Source: Pseudomonadota bacterium (GTDB taxonomy: Bacteria; Pseudomonadota; Alphaproteobacteria; RF32; CAG-239). From it: a stretch of DNA of 56,677 nucleotides. The stretch is from positions 1 through 56,677 of the forward strand of contig JAUNPO010000002.1 in assembly GCA_030536665.1 (NCBI GenBank), written 5' to 3'. The notes below the pieces were generated by a model. That model had not been told where the DNA came from, ran no database searches, and saw nothing but the letters and a program-made list of their open reading frames with translations. Shown here one piece after another: positions 47,341 through 56,654 of this stretch (its first letter is position 1; each line of letters begins with the position of its first letter). The translations under genes and the position numbers were made by a program.

Positions 47341-48449
47341 TTTTCCAACCTCATATCTGTTTTGCGATAAACGGCAATCATCAGCACAATGCTGAAACAA
47401 AGCATGGCGAAGCTGTTGGGGAGGATGACATCCCAGATTGTCCCGGCCAGAAATTCGCTTTGGGCACAAGGCAGATAATAGCGCGCGGGAATCAGCCAGG
47501 TAACATATTGAACGAGTTTGGGCATGGATTGAATCGGAAAGACCAGTCCCGAGAGAATCAGCGAGGGCATGAAGCCGCCGACGAGCGCTGCCTGGCTGGC
47601 GGTGAACTGATTCTTTAAAGCTGAGGAGATGAACAGTCCCTGGCCGAGCGCCGCGAAAAGGAACAGTGATGACGTCAGCCACAGAACCGCGTAACTGCCG
47701 CGAAAGGGAATGTCAAAAATATGCACGCAGACCATGACGTTAAAGATAACGGAAGCAAAGCCCAGAATGAAGTATGAGATGTATTTGCTGAGGACGATGT
47801 CTATTTTGCGGGCGCGCGTGGTGATGAGCGTTTCCATTGTGCCGCGTTCCCATTCCCGGGAAACGACCAGAGCAGTCAGCAGCATGCCGATGAGCGTCAG
47901 GGTGATGGACAGGGTTCCGGGCAGGATAAAGTAATGGCTGTTTAATTCCTGATTATACCAGACGCGGTTTTGCGGCACGACCAGCGGTTCGGGATTGGAA
48001 AAGCGGTATTTGCTCAGTCCGGTCAGCCAGTGGGCGGCTATGGCGGTTATGTAGTTTTCAACATAATTTGCGGTATTGGTTTCCGAGCCGTCAGTAATGA
48101 TTTGAAGCGGCGCTGAGGTTGATTTTGACAGGTTTTGGGAGAAGTTCTCCGGGATTATCATCAGGCCGCGGAGTTTTGACTTGTTTATGTCATCATACAT
48201 TTGCCGGCGGCTGTCGTAGGCAACGGCATTGATAAAACGGTTATTGCCGACGGAATCCGCCAGGCTTTGACTCTCAACTGACATATCTTCATTTTTAATG
48301 CCAACCGTCAGCCGGGTGGTGTCAAGGTTAATGCCGTACATATATATGGGCAGCAAAATCGCCGGGAGGATGAAGGCAATTAAAATGCTGCTCGGATCCC
48401 GGATGATTTGATAAAATTCTTTAATGATAAGGGCTTTCAGTATTCTCAT
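47334..48449 (-). CDS. ABC-2 type transporter permease (YbhS-like)
   Basis: MRILKALIIKEFYQIIRDPSS, with the same architecture as its paralog downstream. Confidence 0.88.
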   Translation of the reverse strand: MRILKALIIKEFYQIIRDPSSILIAFILPAILLPIYMYGINLDTTRLTVGIKNEDMSVESQSLADSVGNNRFINAVAYDSRRQMYDDINKSKLRGLMIIPENFSQNLSKSTSAPLQIITDGSETNTANYVENYITAIAAHWLTGLSKYRFSNPEPLVVPQNRVWYNQELNSHYFILPGTLSITLTLIGMLLTALVVSREWERGTMETLITTRARKIDIVLSKYISYFILGFASVIFNVMVCVHIFDIPFRGSYAVLWLTSSLFLFAALGQGLFISSALKNQFTASQAALVGGFMPSLILSGLVFPIQSMPKLVQYVTWLIPARYYLPCAQSEFLAGTIWDVILPNSFAMLCFSIVLMIAVYRKTDMRLEKC

Positions 48450-50143
48450 GCCGCAGCCTTTGCGTCAAAGTTTTCGATGAGGCTGATAAAGGCGTCTTCC
48501 ATGGTTGCCGCAGCTGAAACACTGTGTTTTAATTCGTCGGGAGAGCCGGTGGCGATGGCCTGCCCCTGATAAAACAGGCTGATACGGTCGCAGTATTCCG
48601 CTTCATCCATAAAATGGGTCGTGACCATTATGGTGACGCCTTTTCCGGCCAGAACGTTGATATGATTCCAAAATTCGCGGCGGGTCAGCGGGTCGACGCC
48701 GGAGGTCGGTTCGTCAAGAAACAGTACTGCCGGGTTGTGCATAATGGCGCAGGATAAGGCTAAGCGTTGTTTGTATCCCAAAGGCAAATCGCCGGCGTTG
48801 GTTTTGAGGTGTTTGCCGAGGTGGAACATGTCAATCATTTCCGCGATTTTTTCTTTTTGCTCTGCACCTTTCAGGCCGTAAATTCCTGAGAAAAAGTTCA
48901 GATTTTGCAGGACATTCAAGTCGGCATAAAGTGAAAATTTCTGCGCCATATAGCCGAGGCGGGAACGGGCCAGCGCCGGTTTTTTGCGGACGTCTACGCC
49001 CATAATGCGGGCGGTGCCCGATGTCGGCGTTGTCAGGCCGCAGAGCATTTTGAACGAGGTTGATTTTCCGGCGCCGTTGGGGCCGAGGAGCCCGAATATT
49101 TCACCGCGGCGGATTTGAAAGGTATTGTTTTTAACCGCGTAAAAACTGCCGTATTTTTTGACCAGATTCTGCGCTTCCACCGGGTATTCGACGTTTGCCG
49201 CCGTTTGCGGGTATGAACGGTTTAACGGAGAAACGCCGTGAGGAATGCCGCCGAGGATGTCGATGACGGCGTCTTCAAAACGCGGTGCGGCAATTTGGGA
49301 AACGGTTCCTTCCATTTGGCGGATTTTGTCTTTGAAAACAACGCGCACGGCTGTTCCCTGAATGACGGCATCGACAATATTTTGTTCTTTGCCGCTGATT
49401 CTTTTGAGCAGGTCGCGGTTGCTGCCGGAAGTATTTTGTAACAGGGCGACCCGGTTTTGCAGTTTTTGAGTTAAGGCTTCAGGTTTTCCCTGATAGAGGA
49501 TTTTTCCCTCATTCAGCAGCAGGCAGTCGTCAAAGTTTTCGGCTTCGTCAAGATATGCCGTTGACCAGAGGATTGTTGTGCCGCTGTCAGCCAGTTCGTT
49601 GACCATTTTTATCAGTTCGCGGCGGGAGATGGGATCAACACCGACGGAGGGTTCGTCCAGAAGCAGGAGTTTGGGCGCAGAGAGCAGCGCGCAGGCCAGG
49701 CCGAGTTTTTGTTTCATGCCGCCGGAGAGTTCTCCGGCCAGGCGGGTGGTGAAGTTTTGGAGGTTGGTAAATTTGAGGAGGCGGTTGAAGACATTTGCCT
49801 GATCCTGCGGCGGGATGGCTTTTAATTCGGCGTAAAGCTTAAGGTTTTCGCTAATGCTTAAGTCTTCATATAAGCCGAATTTCTGCGGCATATACCCCAG
49901 GGACAGGTTTAATTCTTCTTTGTCCGTCAGGGGATTGAGGCCATTGACGTCTATGGTTCCTTTTGAAGGGAGGAGAAGGCCGATGATCGTGCGTATAAGC
50001 GTTGTCTTTCCGGCGCCGTCAGGACCGATAAGCCCGGTTATTTTTCCCCGGGCGATGGTGCAGGAAATGTCGTCAAGAGCGGTAATGCCGCTGTCCGGGA
50101 AGCACTTGGTCAGGTTTTTTATGGTGATGAAATCAGAGGTCAT
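48446..50143 (-). CDS. fused two-domain ABC transporter ATPase (YbhF-like)
   Basis: Two Walker A motifs (GPDGAGKTT, GPNGAGKST), two signature motifs (LSGGMKQK, LPLGYKQR) and two Walker B motifs (LLLDEP, LFLDEP). Confidence 0.93.
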   Translation of the reverse strand: MTSDFITIKNLTKCFPDSGITALDDISCTIARGKITGLIGPDGAGKTTLIRTIIGLLLPSKGTIDVNGLNPLTDKEELNLSLGYMPQKFGLYEDLSISENLKLYAELKAIPPQDQANVFNRLLKFTNLQNFTTRLAGELSGGMKQKLGLACALLSAPKLLLLDEPSVGVDPISRRELIKMVNELADSGTTILWSTAYLDEAENFDDCLLLNEGKILYQGKPEALTQKLQNRVALLQNTSGSNRDLLKRISGKEQNIVDAVIQGTAVRVVFKDKIRQMEGTVSQIAAPRFEDAVIDILGGIPHGVSPLNRSYPQTAANVEYPVEAQNLVKKYGSFYAVKNNTFQIRRGEIFGLLGPNGAGKSTSFKMLCGLTTPTSGTARIMGVDVRKKPALARSRLGYMAQKFSLYADLNVLQNLNFFSGIYGLKGAEQKEKIAEMIDMFHLGKHLKTNAGDLPLGYKQRLALSCAIMHNPAVLFLDEPTSGVDPLTRREFWNHINVLAGKGVTIMVTTHFMDEAEYCDRISLFYQGQAIATGSPDELKHSVSAAATMEDAFISLIENFDAKAAA

Positions 50144-51006
50144 TCCTGCGCCTTTGCTGCTGCCGAGGCAAGGTCTATTTTTATGGTGACGGGCATGCCC
50201 TGTTTGAGATACTCGTCAGGGGTGCCGACATAGACGCGGATGCGGTATACCAAGTCTGTTCGCAAATCGGTTGTTTCCACGGTTTTGGGGGTGAATTCGG
50301 CAACCGGGGAGATGTAGCCGACATAGCCGTTATAGGCACGGGCTTGCCCGTTTTCGGGATTGACGCTGTCAGTTATGATTTGAGCGGCGGTGCCGTATTT
50401 GACGTTTGCGAGCTGTGTTTCGGGAATATAGGCGCGAATCCACAGCGGCGTTTCTTTGGACATGGTATAGACGGGTTGCGCGGCGCCGACGACGGCTCCC
50501 GGTTCCTGAATACGGGTCATAATCATGCCGTTGTCAGGGGCGTACATTTTGGTGTCGTTGAGGTTGTTGCGGGCGTGTTCGTCAGCCGCCAGAGCGGCAT
50601 CAAGCGCGGCTTTGGCGCCGTTCATGGCGTTCAACAGGTCGTCGCACTCCTGTTTGGACACGATGTTTTTGGTGCAAAGCGGGGCGTTGCGGTTGTATTT
50701 TGAAACGGCATTATTATAGGCTGCCTGGCTTTGCGCTATTTCAGCGGCAGTTTGTGCAGCGGTCGTTTTATAAGGAATATCGTCGAGGCTGGCCAGGAGG
50801 TCGTCTTTTTTGACGGAATCGCCTTCTTCAAAATACATGTTTTGAATCCGTCCTTCAACCCGGAAACTTAAATCTACCTGGCGGATTTCGACATTGCCAT
50901 AGAGTGTCAGGCTGTCCCGGGATTTGATTTCGTTTTCGTAAGACAGGTAGCAGAAAGCGGCGGCGCCCAAAAAGGCAATTAAGCCGAGAAGGAGAAGTTT
51001 TTTCAT
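50140..51006 (-). CDS. HlyD-family periplasmic adaptor (YbhG-like)
   Basis: N-terminal anchor, lipoyl/hairpin region (VEGRIQNMYFEEGDSVKKDDLLASLD), and a C-terminal beta-barrel (GMPVTIKID). First gene of the 4-gene exporter operon. Confidence 0.88.
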   Translation of the reverse strand: MKKLLLLGLIAFLGAAAFCYLSYENEIKSRDSLTLYGNVEIRQVDLSFRVEGRIQNMYFEEGDSVKKDDLLASLDDIPYKTTAAQTAAEIAQSQAAYNNAVSKYNRNAPLCTKNIVSKQECDDLLNAMNGAKAALDAALAADEHARNNLNDTKMYAPDNGMIMTRIQEPGAVVGAAQPVYTMSKETPLWIRAYIPETQLANVKYGTAAQIITDSVNPENGQARAYNGYVGYISPVAEFTPKTVETTDLRTDLVYRIRVYVGTPDEYLKQGMPVTIKIDLASAAAKAQE

Positions 51007-51163
51007 TATTATTTCCTTATAAAATACCGTTTACAGCCAGTTTACACCGGACAATCTTATTAAAGATTTAATAATCCTTATTATTATCTTCAATTAAGCG
51101 CTTGTATTTGTTTTTATCTTACGCTAATTTAAGCAGGGCACTAATTATTTAAAGGGCACGACT

Positions 51164-53041
51164 ATGAAATCTTATTTTATTCAGAGGCTTAAGCCGTTTT
51201 TTATCAGCTTTATTTTGCTGGAAATTTTGTTTCTGTGCGGAAAGATATACCAGAGTTTTTCGGGGTTTGATTTTGCGCCGTGGGAATTGGTCAAGGTTTT
51301 GGGAATTTTGCTCTTGACCGCGTCTATCGCTTTTTTATACATGATGCTGCCTTATGTGCTGTATCTGGTCTTTTTGCCGGCAAAGAAACAAAACGGCCGT
51401 TTGGATAAAATCGTGACCACCGGCGTTTATACGGTTTTTATTTATGCCACGTTGTTTCAGGGCGCCTCTACGCAGATTTTCTGGGATGAATTTCAGGCCG
51501 CCTTTAATTTTATCGCCGTTGATTATCTGGTTTATACAACCGAAGTGATTGACAATATTTATCAGTCTTATCCGGTGAACTGGATTTTGCTGGGGTTGCT
51601 GGCGGCGACGCTGGTTATTGTGAAGCTGTCTTATCGCAGTCTGTTTCCTGAAGTTCCGGCGCCGGCGTGGGGCAAGCGTTTGCTGCAGCTGGCTGTCTAT
51701 GTTCTCGTGCTTGTTGCTTCTTACTTTGCCGTTGATATGTCTCGTTTGGAAATATGCAAAAACTATTATAACAATGAGGCGGGCAAGGAAGGAACTTACA
51801 GTCTGTTCAGCGCCTTTTTGAAAAACGAACTGCCATACGACAAGTTTTATCTTACTCAGAATTCGGCGGAGAATCTGAAAATTCTGCAAGAGAAGCTTAA
51901 GGGTAAAAATGTTACTTTTCTTGAGCCTGATAAAAACATCCGCCGTCGGATTACTGCCGATAAACCGGAAAACAAGGCGAATGTCGTGATTGTGCTGATG
52001 GAAAGCATGAGCGCCAAATATATGAACGAGAATCTTCCCGAAGGACATATTCCCCTGACGCCGAATCTGGAAAAACTCTCCAAAGAGGGATTGTATTTCA
52101 GCAACACTTATGCCAACGGCACGCGTTCGGTTCGCGGCATTGAAGCTTTGACGCTCGGTGTGCCGCCGCTGCCGGGAATGTCTATCGTCCGTCGCCCGAA
52201 TAATGAGAATCTGTACAATATCGGTACGATTTTCAAAGAAAAAGGATATGACAACAAGTGGATTTACGGCGGGTACGGTTATTTTGACAATATGAATTAT
52301 TTCTTTGGGCATAACGGTTTTCAGATTGTTGACCGTGCGGTTTGGGACAAAGGCGAAGTTACTTTTGCCAATGCCTGGGGTGCGGCTGACGATGATACCT
52401 ACCGCAAGGTTATTAAGGAAGCGGACAAGTCTTATGCTGCCGGAAAGCCGTTCTTTACAATGTTGTTGTCGATTTCCAACCATCGGCCGTACACGTATCC
52501 GGAAGGGCGGATTCCGCTTGAACCGGAAAAGTGGGGGCGCTTGGGCGGCGTTATGTATGCCGATTATGCCATAGGCGAGTTTATTAAGGAAGCCAAGAGC
52601 AAGCCGTGGTTTGACAACACGTTGTTTGTCTTTATTGCCGATCATACGGCCGGCGCATCCGGCAAGGAGGAGATTAATCTTGAAGGTTATCATATTCCTT
52701 TTATTATCTATGCGCCGAAGCTGGTTAAAATGCAGAGAATTGACACGCCGATAAGCCAGATTGACGCTTTGCCGACGATTTTGGGAATTTTGAACTTTGA
52801 TTATGAATCACGCTTTTATGGGCAGGACGCATTGTCTGAAGATTATGAATCCCGTTTCTTCGTCAGCAATTATCAGAAAATCGGTTTTGTTAAGAACGGG
52901 ACGGATGTTATTTTGAAACCTGTCCGCCAGTATTCGGTTGAAGGGCCGAAAATTTCCGACAAGGCATTGGCCAAGCAGAAGAGTGAGGCAATCGCTTTTT
53001 ATCAGCAGGCCGATAACTGGGAGAAAAATCTGAAAGAGTAA
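51164..53041 (+). CDS. LTA synthase-family / sulfatase-domain membrane protein (phosphoglycerol-transferase-like)
   Basis: 5 N-terminal TM segments plus an extracytoplasmic alkaline-phosphatase-superfamily domain (VVIVLMESMSAKYM, GTRSVRG, ADHTAG). Confidence 0.85.
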   Translation: MKSYFIQRLKPFFISFILLEILFLCGKIYQSFSGFDFAPWELVKVLGILLLTASIAFLYMMLPYVLYLVFLPAKKQNGRLDKIVTTGVYTVFIYATLFQGASTQIFWDEFQAAFNFIAVDYLVYTTEVIDNIYQSYPVNWILLGLLAATLVIVKLSYRSLFPEVPAPAWGKRLLQLAVYVLVLVASYFAVDMSRLEICKNYYNNEAGKEGTYSLFSAFLKNELPYDKFYLTQNSAENLKILQEKLKGKNVTFLEPDKNIRRRITADKPENKANVVIVLMESMSAKYMNENLPEGHIPLTPNLEKLSKEGLYFSNTYANGTRSVRGIEALTLGVPPLPGMSIVRRPNNENLYNIGTIFKEKGYDNKWIYGGYGYFDNMNYFFGHNGFQIVDRAVWDKGEVTFANAWGAADDDTYRKVIKEADKSYAAGKPFFTMLLSISNHRPYTYPEGRIPLEPEKWGRLGGVMYADYAIGEFIKEAKSKPWFDNTLFVFIADHTAGASGKEEINLEGYHIPFIIYAPKLVKMQRIDTPISQIDALPTILGILNFDYESRFYGQDALSEDYESRFFVSNYQKIGFVKNGTDVILKPVRQYSVEGPKISDKALAKQKSEAIAFYQQADNWEKNLKE

Positions 53042-53057
53042 TGTTATATCTGAAAGA

Positions 53058-53088
53058 AAGCCCGGAATAAAAATTCCGGGCTTTTTTG
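53058..53088 (+). terminator. intrinsic terminator
   Basis: GCCCGGAAT (53060-53068), loop AAAA, ATTCCGGGC (53073-53081), then T6. Confidence 0.8.
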
Positions 53089-53242
53089 CGTGTTGCAGGC
53101 TTATTTTTTTGAATCATTTTAAAGAGTTAACCCAAAATTTAGAATCAGGAATCTATGATGACGGCATAATAAAAAGAATCACCTGTTTTTGAGGGTGGTT
53201 ATGTTTATTGAATTTTGGTTTAACAATTAAAGGAATTTAGGA

Positions 53243-55672
53243 ATGTCAGCTTTGAAAAGACTAAAATCTTTGGCTCTGGCCGTGTTTATGGCTGCAGCTG
53301 CCGGGATTTCTCAAGCTCAGGCTTCTGAAATCGATCTTAACATTCCGAGCCTTGATGTCGGGTATAATATTTTCGGTTTGTCCATGACCGGAAGCGAAAT
53401 CCTGATGTATGGCCTCGGTATTTGTATTTTGGGCATGTTGTTCGGTTTGTATGAATTTTTTAAAATTAAAAAAATTCCCGCGCACGAATCCATGCTGAAT
53501 GTTTCTCATACGATTTATGAAACATGCAAAACCTATATGAAACAGCAGTCAAAGCTTTTGGTGGTTTTGGAACTGTTCATTGCTGCCTGTATCTTTTATT
53601 ATTTCTATTATCTTAACGCAACACCGATGCCGAAAGTGCTGACTATTCTGATGTGGTCAGTTTTGGGTATTCTCGGTTCTTATACCGTTGCCTGGTTTGG
53701 CATGCGCATTAACACTTATGCCAACTCGCGCACGGCTTTCCTTTCTTTGCAGGGAAAAGCCTTTCCGGTTATGAGCCTGCCGCTGCGTTCGGGTATGTCT
53801 ATCGGCGTTTTGCTTATCTGCGTCGAACTGATTATGATGATTATCATTTTACTGTGGGTTCCGCGTGAGAGCGCCGGCGCTTGCTTTATCGGTTTTGCCA
53901 TCGGCGAATCCTTGGGTGCGGCCGCTTTGCGTATTTGCGGCGGTATTTTTACCAAGATTGCCGATATTGGCGCGGACTTGATGAAGATTATCTTCAAAAT
54001 TGATGAAGACGATGCCCGCAACCCGGGTGTGATTGCCGATTGTACCGGTGATAATGCCGGCGATTCAGTCGGGCCGACCGCTGATGGTTTTGAAACCTAC
54101 GGCGTAACCGGCGTGGCCCTTATCAGCTTTATTGTTCTCGGTGCAGGCATGATGTATACGCAAAACGGCGAGCTGGCTTTGATGAGCGGCGGGATTGACA
54201 TTCAGGCGCGTCTGATTGTCTGGATTTTCGCTATGCGCCTGTTGATGATCGTTACGTCTTTGGTATCTTATGCCCTGAATAACGGCTTGTCTAAATTGCT
54301 TTACGGCAATAAAGACGAATTTGATTTTGAAAAGCCTCTGACCAGTTTGATTTGGCTGACGTCCGTTATTTCCATTCTGGTTACTTTCGGCGTTTCTTAT
54401 GTGATGATCGGCGATATGGGAGCAGATTTGTGGTGGAAGCTTTCGGTTATCATTTCCTGCGGTACGTTGGCCGCGGCTTTGATTCCGGAATTTACCAAAA
54501 TCTTTACTTCTCCGAAGTCAAAACATGTTAACGAAATCGTTAATGCCAGCCGCGAAGCAGGCGCTTCCCTGAATATTATTTCAGGTATTGTCGCCGGTAA
54601 TTTCTCCGCTTTCTGGCAGGGAATTGTCATGGTTGCACTGATGGCGATTGCTTATGTTACCGCAAGTTCGGGACTGGATGCCTATATGGTTTATCCGTCA
54701 GTCTTTGCCTTTGGTCTGGTAGCATTTGGTATGTTGGGTATGGGGCCGGTCAACATTGCCGTTGACAGTTATGGGCCGGTTGCCGACAATGCTCAGTCTG
54801 TGTTTGAATTGTCACAGATTGAAAATATCAGAGGCATTAACAAGACCATTGAAAAAGATTTTGGCTTTAAGCCTGATTTTGAAAAAGGCAAGCACTATCT
54901 GGAAGCTAACGACGGCGCCGGAAACACCTTTAAGGCAACGGCAAAACCGGTGCTTATCGGTACGGCGGTTATCGGTGCGGCAACAATGATTTTCTCAATC
55001 ATTCTTTTGCTGAACCTGAAGTTGTCATTGCTTGATCCGGAAGTTTTGTTCGGCATCATTCTTGGCGGCGCGGTTATCTACTGGTTCTCCGGCGCTTCCA
55101 TGCAGGCGGTTTCGACCGGTGCTTATCGTGCGGTTGATTTCATCAAAAAGCACATTAAGCTGAATACTAAGAAAGCCGCTTCGGTTGAAGACAGCAAAGA
55201 GGTTGTTCGTATCTGCACGTTGTATGCGCAGAAAGGCATGTTTAACATTTTTGTTGCCATCTTCTCGTTTACGTTGGCTTTTGCCTGCTTTGATCCGAAC
55301 CTGTTTGCCAGCTATCTGATTTCAATTGCCGTCTTCGGTTTGTTTCAGGCGCTGTATATGGCTAATGCCGGCGGTGCATGGGATAACGCCAAGAAGGTTG
55401 TTGAAGTTGATCTTGGTGAAAAGGGAACAGAACTGCACGCAGCTTCGGTTGTCGGCGATACGGTCGGCGATCCCTATAAAGATACGTCATCCGTAGCTTT
55501 GAATCCGATTATTAAGTTTACGACTTTGTTCGGTTTGCTGGCTGTGGAAATTGCCGTTTCGGCGCCGCGCAATGTGTCTTTGACATTGGGTGCCGTCTTT
55601 ATGGCGATTGCGTTAATCTTTGTATGGCGTTCTTTCTATGCAATGCGCATCAAAGTCGAGGAGCAGGCGTAA
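53243..55672 (+). CDS. hppA: membrane-integral pyrophosphatase (H+/Na+-translocating PPase), long divergent form
   Basis: DDARNPGVIADCTGDNAGDSVGPTADGFETY, GGAWDNAKK and GDTVGDPYKDTSSVALNPIIKF motifs. 809 aa with a signal-peptide-like N-terminus. Confidence 0.9.
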   Translation: MSALKRLKSLALAVFMAAAAGISQAQASEIDLNIPSLDVGYNIFGLSMTGSEILMYGLGICILGMLFGLYEFFKIKKIPAHESMLNVSHTIYETCKTYMKQQSKLLVVLELFIAACIFYYFYYLNATPMPKVLTILMWSVLGILGSYTVAWFGMRINTYANSRTAFLSLQGKAFPVMSLPLRSGMSIGVLLICVELIMMIIILLWVPRESAGACFIGFAIGESLGAAALRICGGIFTKIADIGADLMKIIFKIDEDDARNPGVIADCTGDNAGDSVGPTADGFETYGVTGVALISFIVLGAGMMYTQNGELALMSGGIDIQARLIVWIFAMRLLMIVTSLVSYALNNGLSKLLYGNKDEFDFEKPLTSLIWLTSVISILVTFGVSYVMIGDMGADLWWKLSVIISCGTLAAALIPEFTKIFTSPKSKHVNEIVNASREAGASLNIISGIVAGNFSAFWQGIVMVALMAIAYVTASSGLDAYMVYPSVFAFGLVAFGMLGMGPVNIAVDSYGPVADNAQSVFELSQIENIRGINKTIEKDFGFKPDFEKGKHYLEANDGAGNTFKATAKPVLIGTAVIGAATMIFSIILLLNLKLSLLDPEVLFGIILGGAVIYWFSGASMQAVSTGAYRAVDFIKKHIKLNTKKAASVEDSKEVVRICTLYAQKGMFNIFVAIFSFTLAFACFDPNLFASYLISIAVFGLFQALYMANAGGAWDNAKKVVEVDLGEKGTELHAASVVGDTVGDPYKDTSSVALNPIIKFTTLFGLLAVEIAVSAPRNVSLTLGAVFMAIALIFVWRSFYAMRIKVEEQA

Positions 55673-55795
55673 TGGTCGGCTGCTAGAGAATTAGCGAGGC
55701 GGCGACATCTGTATGTCCTTTTGGCTTAGTCAGGTGTCGTCCCTCTGAATTCTTACAGTTTGATTCATTCTTTGCTCCCCTTTAGAGCAGCGAAT

Positions 55796-55830
55796 AAAAA
55801 AGGAAGAAATAAAAAGTCTTCCTTTTTTTG
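55796..55830 (+). terminator. intrinsic terminator of hppA
   Basis: AGGAAGA (55801-55807) pairs with TCTTCCT (55817-55823), then a T-run. Confidence 0.7.
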
Positions 55831-55851
55831 CGGCAAATTTGAAAAAAGTTC

Positions 55852-55880
55852 TTGATTTATTGTGCGGAGTTGTGTATCAA
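55852..55880 (+). promoter_or_regulatory. putative tRNA-Trp promoter (TTGATT-17 nt-TATCAA)
   Basis: TTGATT at 55852-55857, a 17-nt spacer, TATCAA at 55875-55880, about 33 nt upstream of the tRNA. Confidence 0.4.
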
Positions 55881-55912
55881 AGAAAGCGCAGTTTGGTTAA
55901 ACTGTTTTTTAT

Positions 55913-55988
55913 AGGGGTATAGCTCAGTTGGTAGAGCACCGGTCTCCAAAACCGGGTGTCGTGAGTTCGAATCTTACTGCCCCTGCCA
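55913..55988 (+). tRNA. tRNA-Trp (anticodon CCA), CCA encoded
   Basis: Acceptor stem AGGGGTA/TGCCCCT, D-arm GCTC-AGTTGGTA-GAGC, anticodon stem CCGGT/ACCGG with loop CTCCAAA, T-arm GTGAG-TTCGAAT-CTTAC, 3' GCCA. 76 nt. Confidence 0.93.
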
Positions 55989-55990
55989 AT

Positions 55991-56019
55991 AAAAAACCAC
56001 CTTTAGGGTGGTTTTTTTA
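55991..56019 (+). terminator. intrinsic terminator after tRNA-Trp
   Basis: A6, CCACC, loop TTTAG, GGTGG, then T7. Confidence 0.75.
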
Positions 56020-56147
56020 TTGGCAATTTGGGAAAGTTGACGAGAACTCACGGGGGAGTGAGTTTGACAAGGAGGATAAGGCGGGCGGAAGAACGCCGGT
56101 TGGCTTTAGCCAATATCCGACGCAGCAACTCAAGCAAAGCGCAGAGT

Positions 56148-56166
56148 AATCTTACTGTCCCTGCTA
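56148..56166 (+). other. degenerate copy of the tRNA-Trp 3' end
   Basis: AATCTTACTGTCCCTGCTA matches AATCTTACTGCCCCTGCCA (55970-55988) at 17/19 positions, offset 178 bp. The upstream GAGT also matches if a 3-nt gap is placed in the T-loop. No cloverleaf. Confidence 0.7.
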
Positions 56167-56175
56167 CTCAAGATA

Positions 56176-56200
56176 AAGTCGCTTTAAAGCGGCTTTTTTC
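56176..56200 (+). terminator. second hairpin plus T-run downstream of the pseudo-3' end
   Basis: AAGTCGCT, loop TTAA, AGCGGCTT (one G-U pair), then TTTTC. Confidence 0.55.
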
Positions 56201-56438
56201 TTTATAAATCAAGTATTTAAGCGAGTTCGTGTAAGGTTGTGTTGGTAAGCGCAATTTTGCGCCGCTACGAAAGCTGAAGCTTTCTACTTGCGCGAACAAC
56301 TAAGCTTTGCTGCGGTCGTTTCTCCCTAGCGAAGCTAAGAGAAGTTTCGGGGCGTTATACGGATTTTTATTCTCAAGTTTCGTTGTTTTACAATGGTCTA
56401 AGTCGATTGGAAGTTTGTGTCTTTTGGGGATTGTTGCC

Positions 56439-56654
56439 TTAGCGGTTGATTGTTTTTTCTTTTAATATATGTGAGTTAATCTTTATCTGCTGAGGTTTAT
56501 AGGGTGTTTGAGTTGAAGGATATAATCCTCTGAGTGAGGCAATTTTTGAGTTTATTTCCTCAGAAAGAGTTATTTCATTGTGTTTTATTTTTTTTAATTT
56601 GGGGAGATACCTATCAGTTAAGTCGAGCATCCTTTTTTTTATGATTTCTTGCAT
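56439..56654 (-). CDS. hypothetical small protein (71 aa) in AT-rich DNA at the window edge
   Basis: ATG ORF only. Lys/Ile-rich. No motif. Confidence 0.3.
   Translation of the reverse strand: MQEIIKKRMLDLTDRYLPKLKKIKHNEITLSEEINSKIASLRGLYPSTQTPYKPQQIKINSHILKEKTINR

Noticed and set aside
44784-51006. MATE pump next to the HlyD/ABC/ABC-2 four-gene exporter, considered as a novel system.
   Set aside because: The architecture matches the known ybhGFSR-type exporter and an ordinary MATE transporter. Nothing in the sequence sets them apart.
51335-52693. 452-aa ORF antisense to the LTA-synthase-like gene. It is the longest of many long antisense ORFs, including 2174-3079, 3183-3788, 8007-8660, 10697-11161, 11122-11973, 13397-14323, 15554-16450, 20121-20963, 25558-26085, 29346-29996 and 42816-43448.
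   Set aside because: Every one I checked is exactly codon-aligned with the sense gene on the opposite strand (coordinate differences are multiples of 3). This frame stays open whenever the sense gene avoids the codons TTA, CTA and TCA, and this genome visibly prefers TTG and CTG for Leu. The translations are Arg/Gln/Asn/Phe-rich junk with no motifs. They are shadow ORFs, not overlapping genes.
55928-56149. 73-aa ORF that starts inside tRNA-Trp.
   Set aside because: It overlaps a well-folded tRNA and its terminator. There is no ribosome-binding site.
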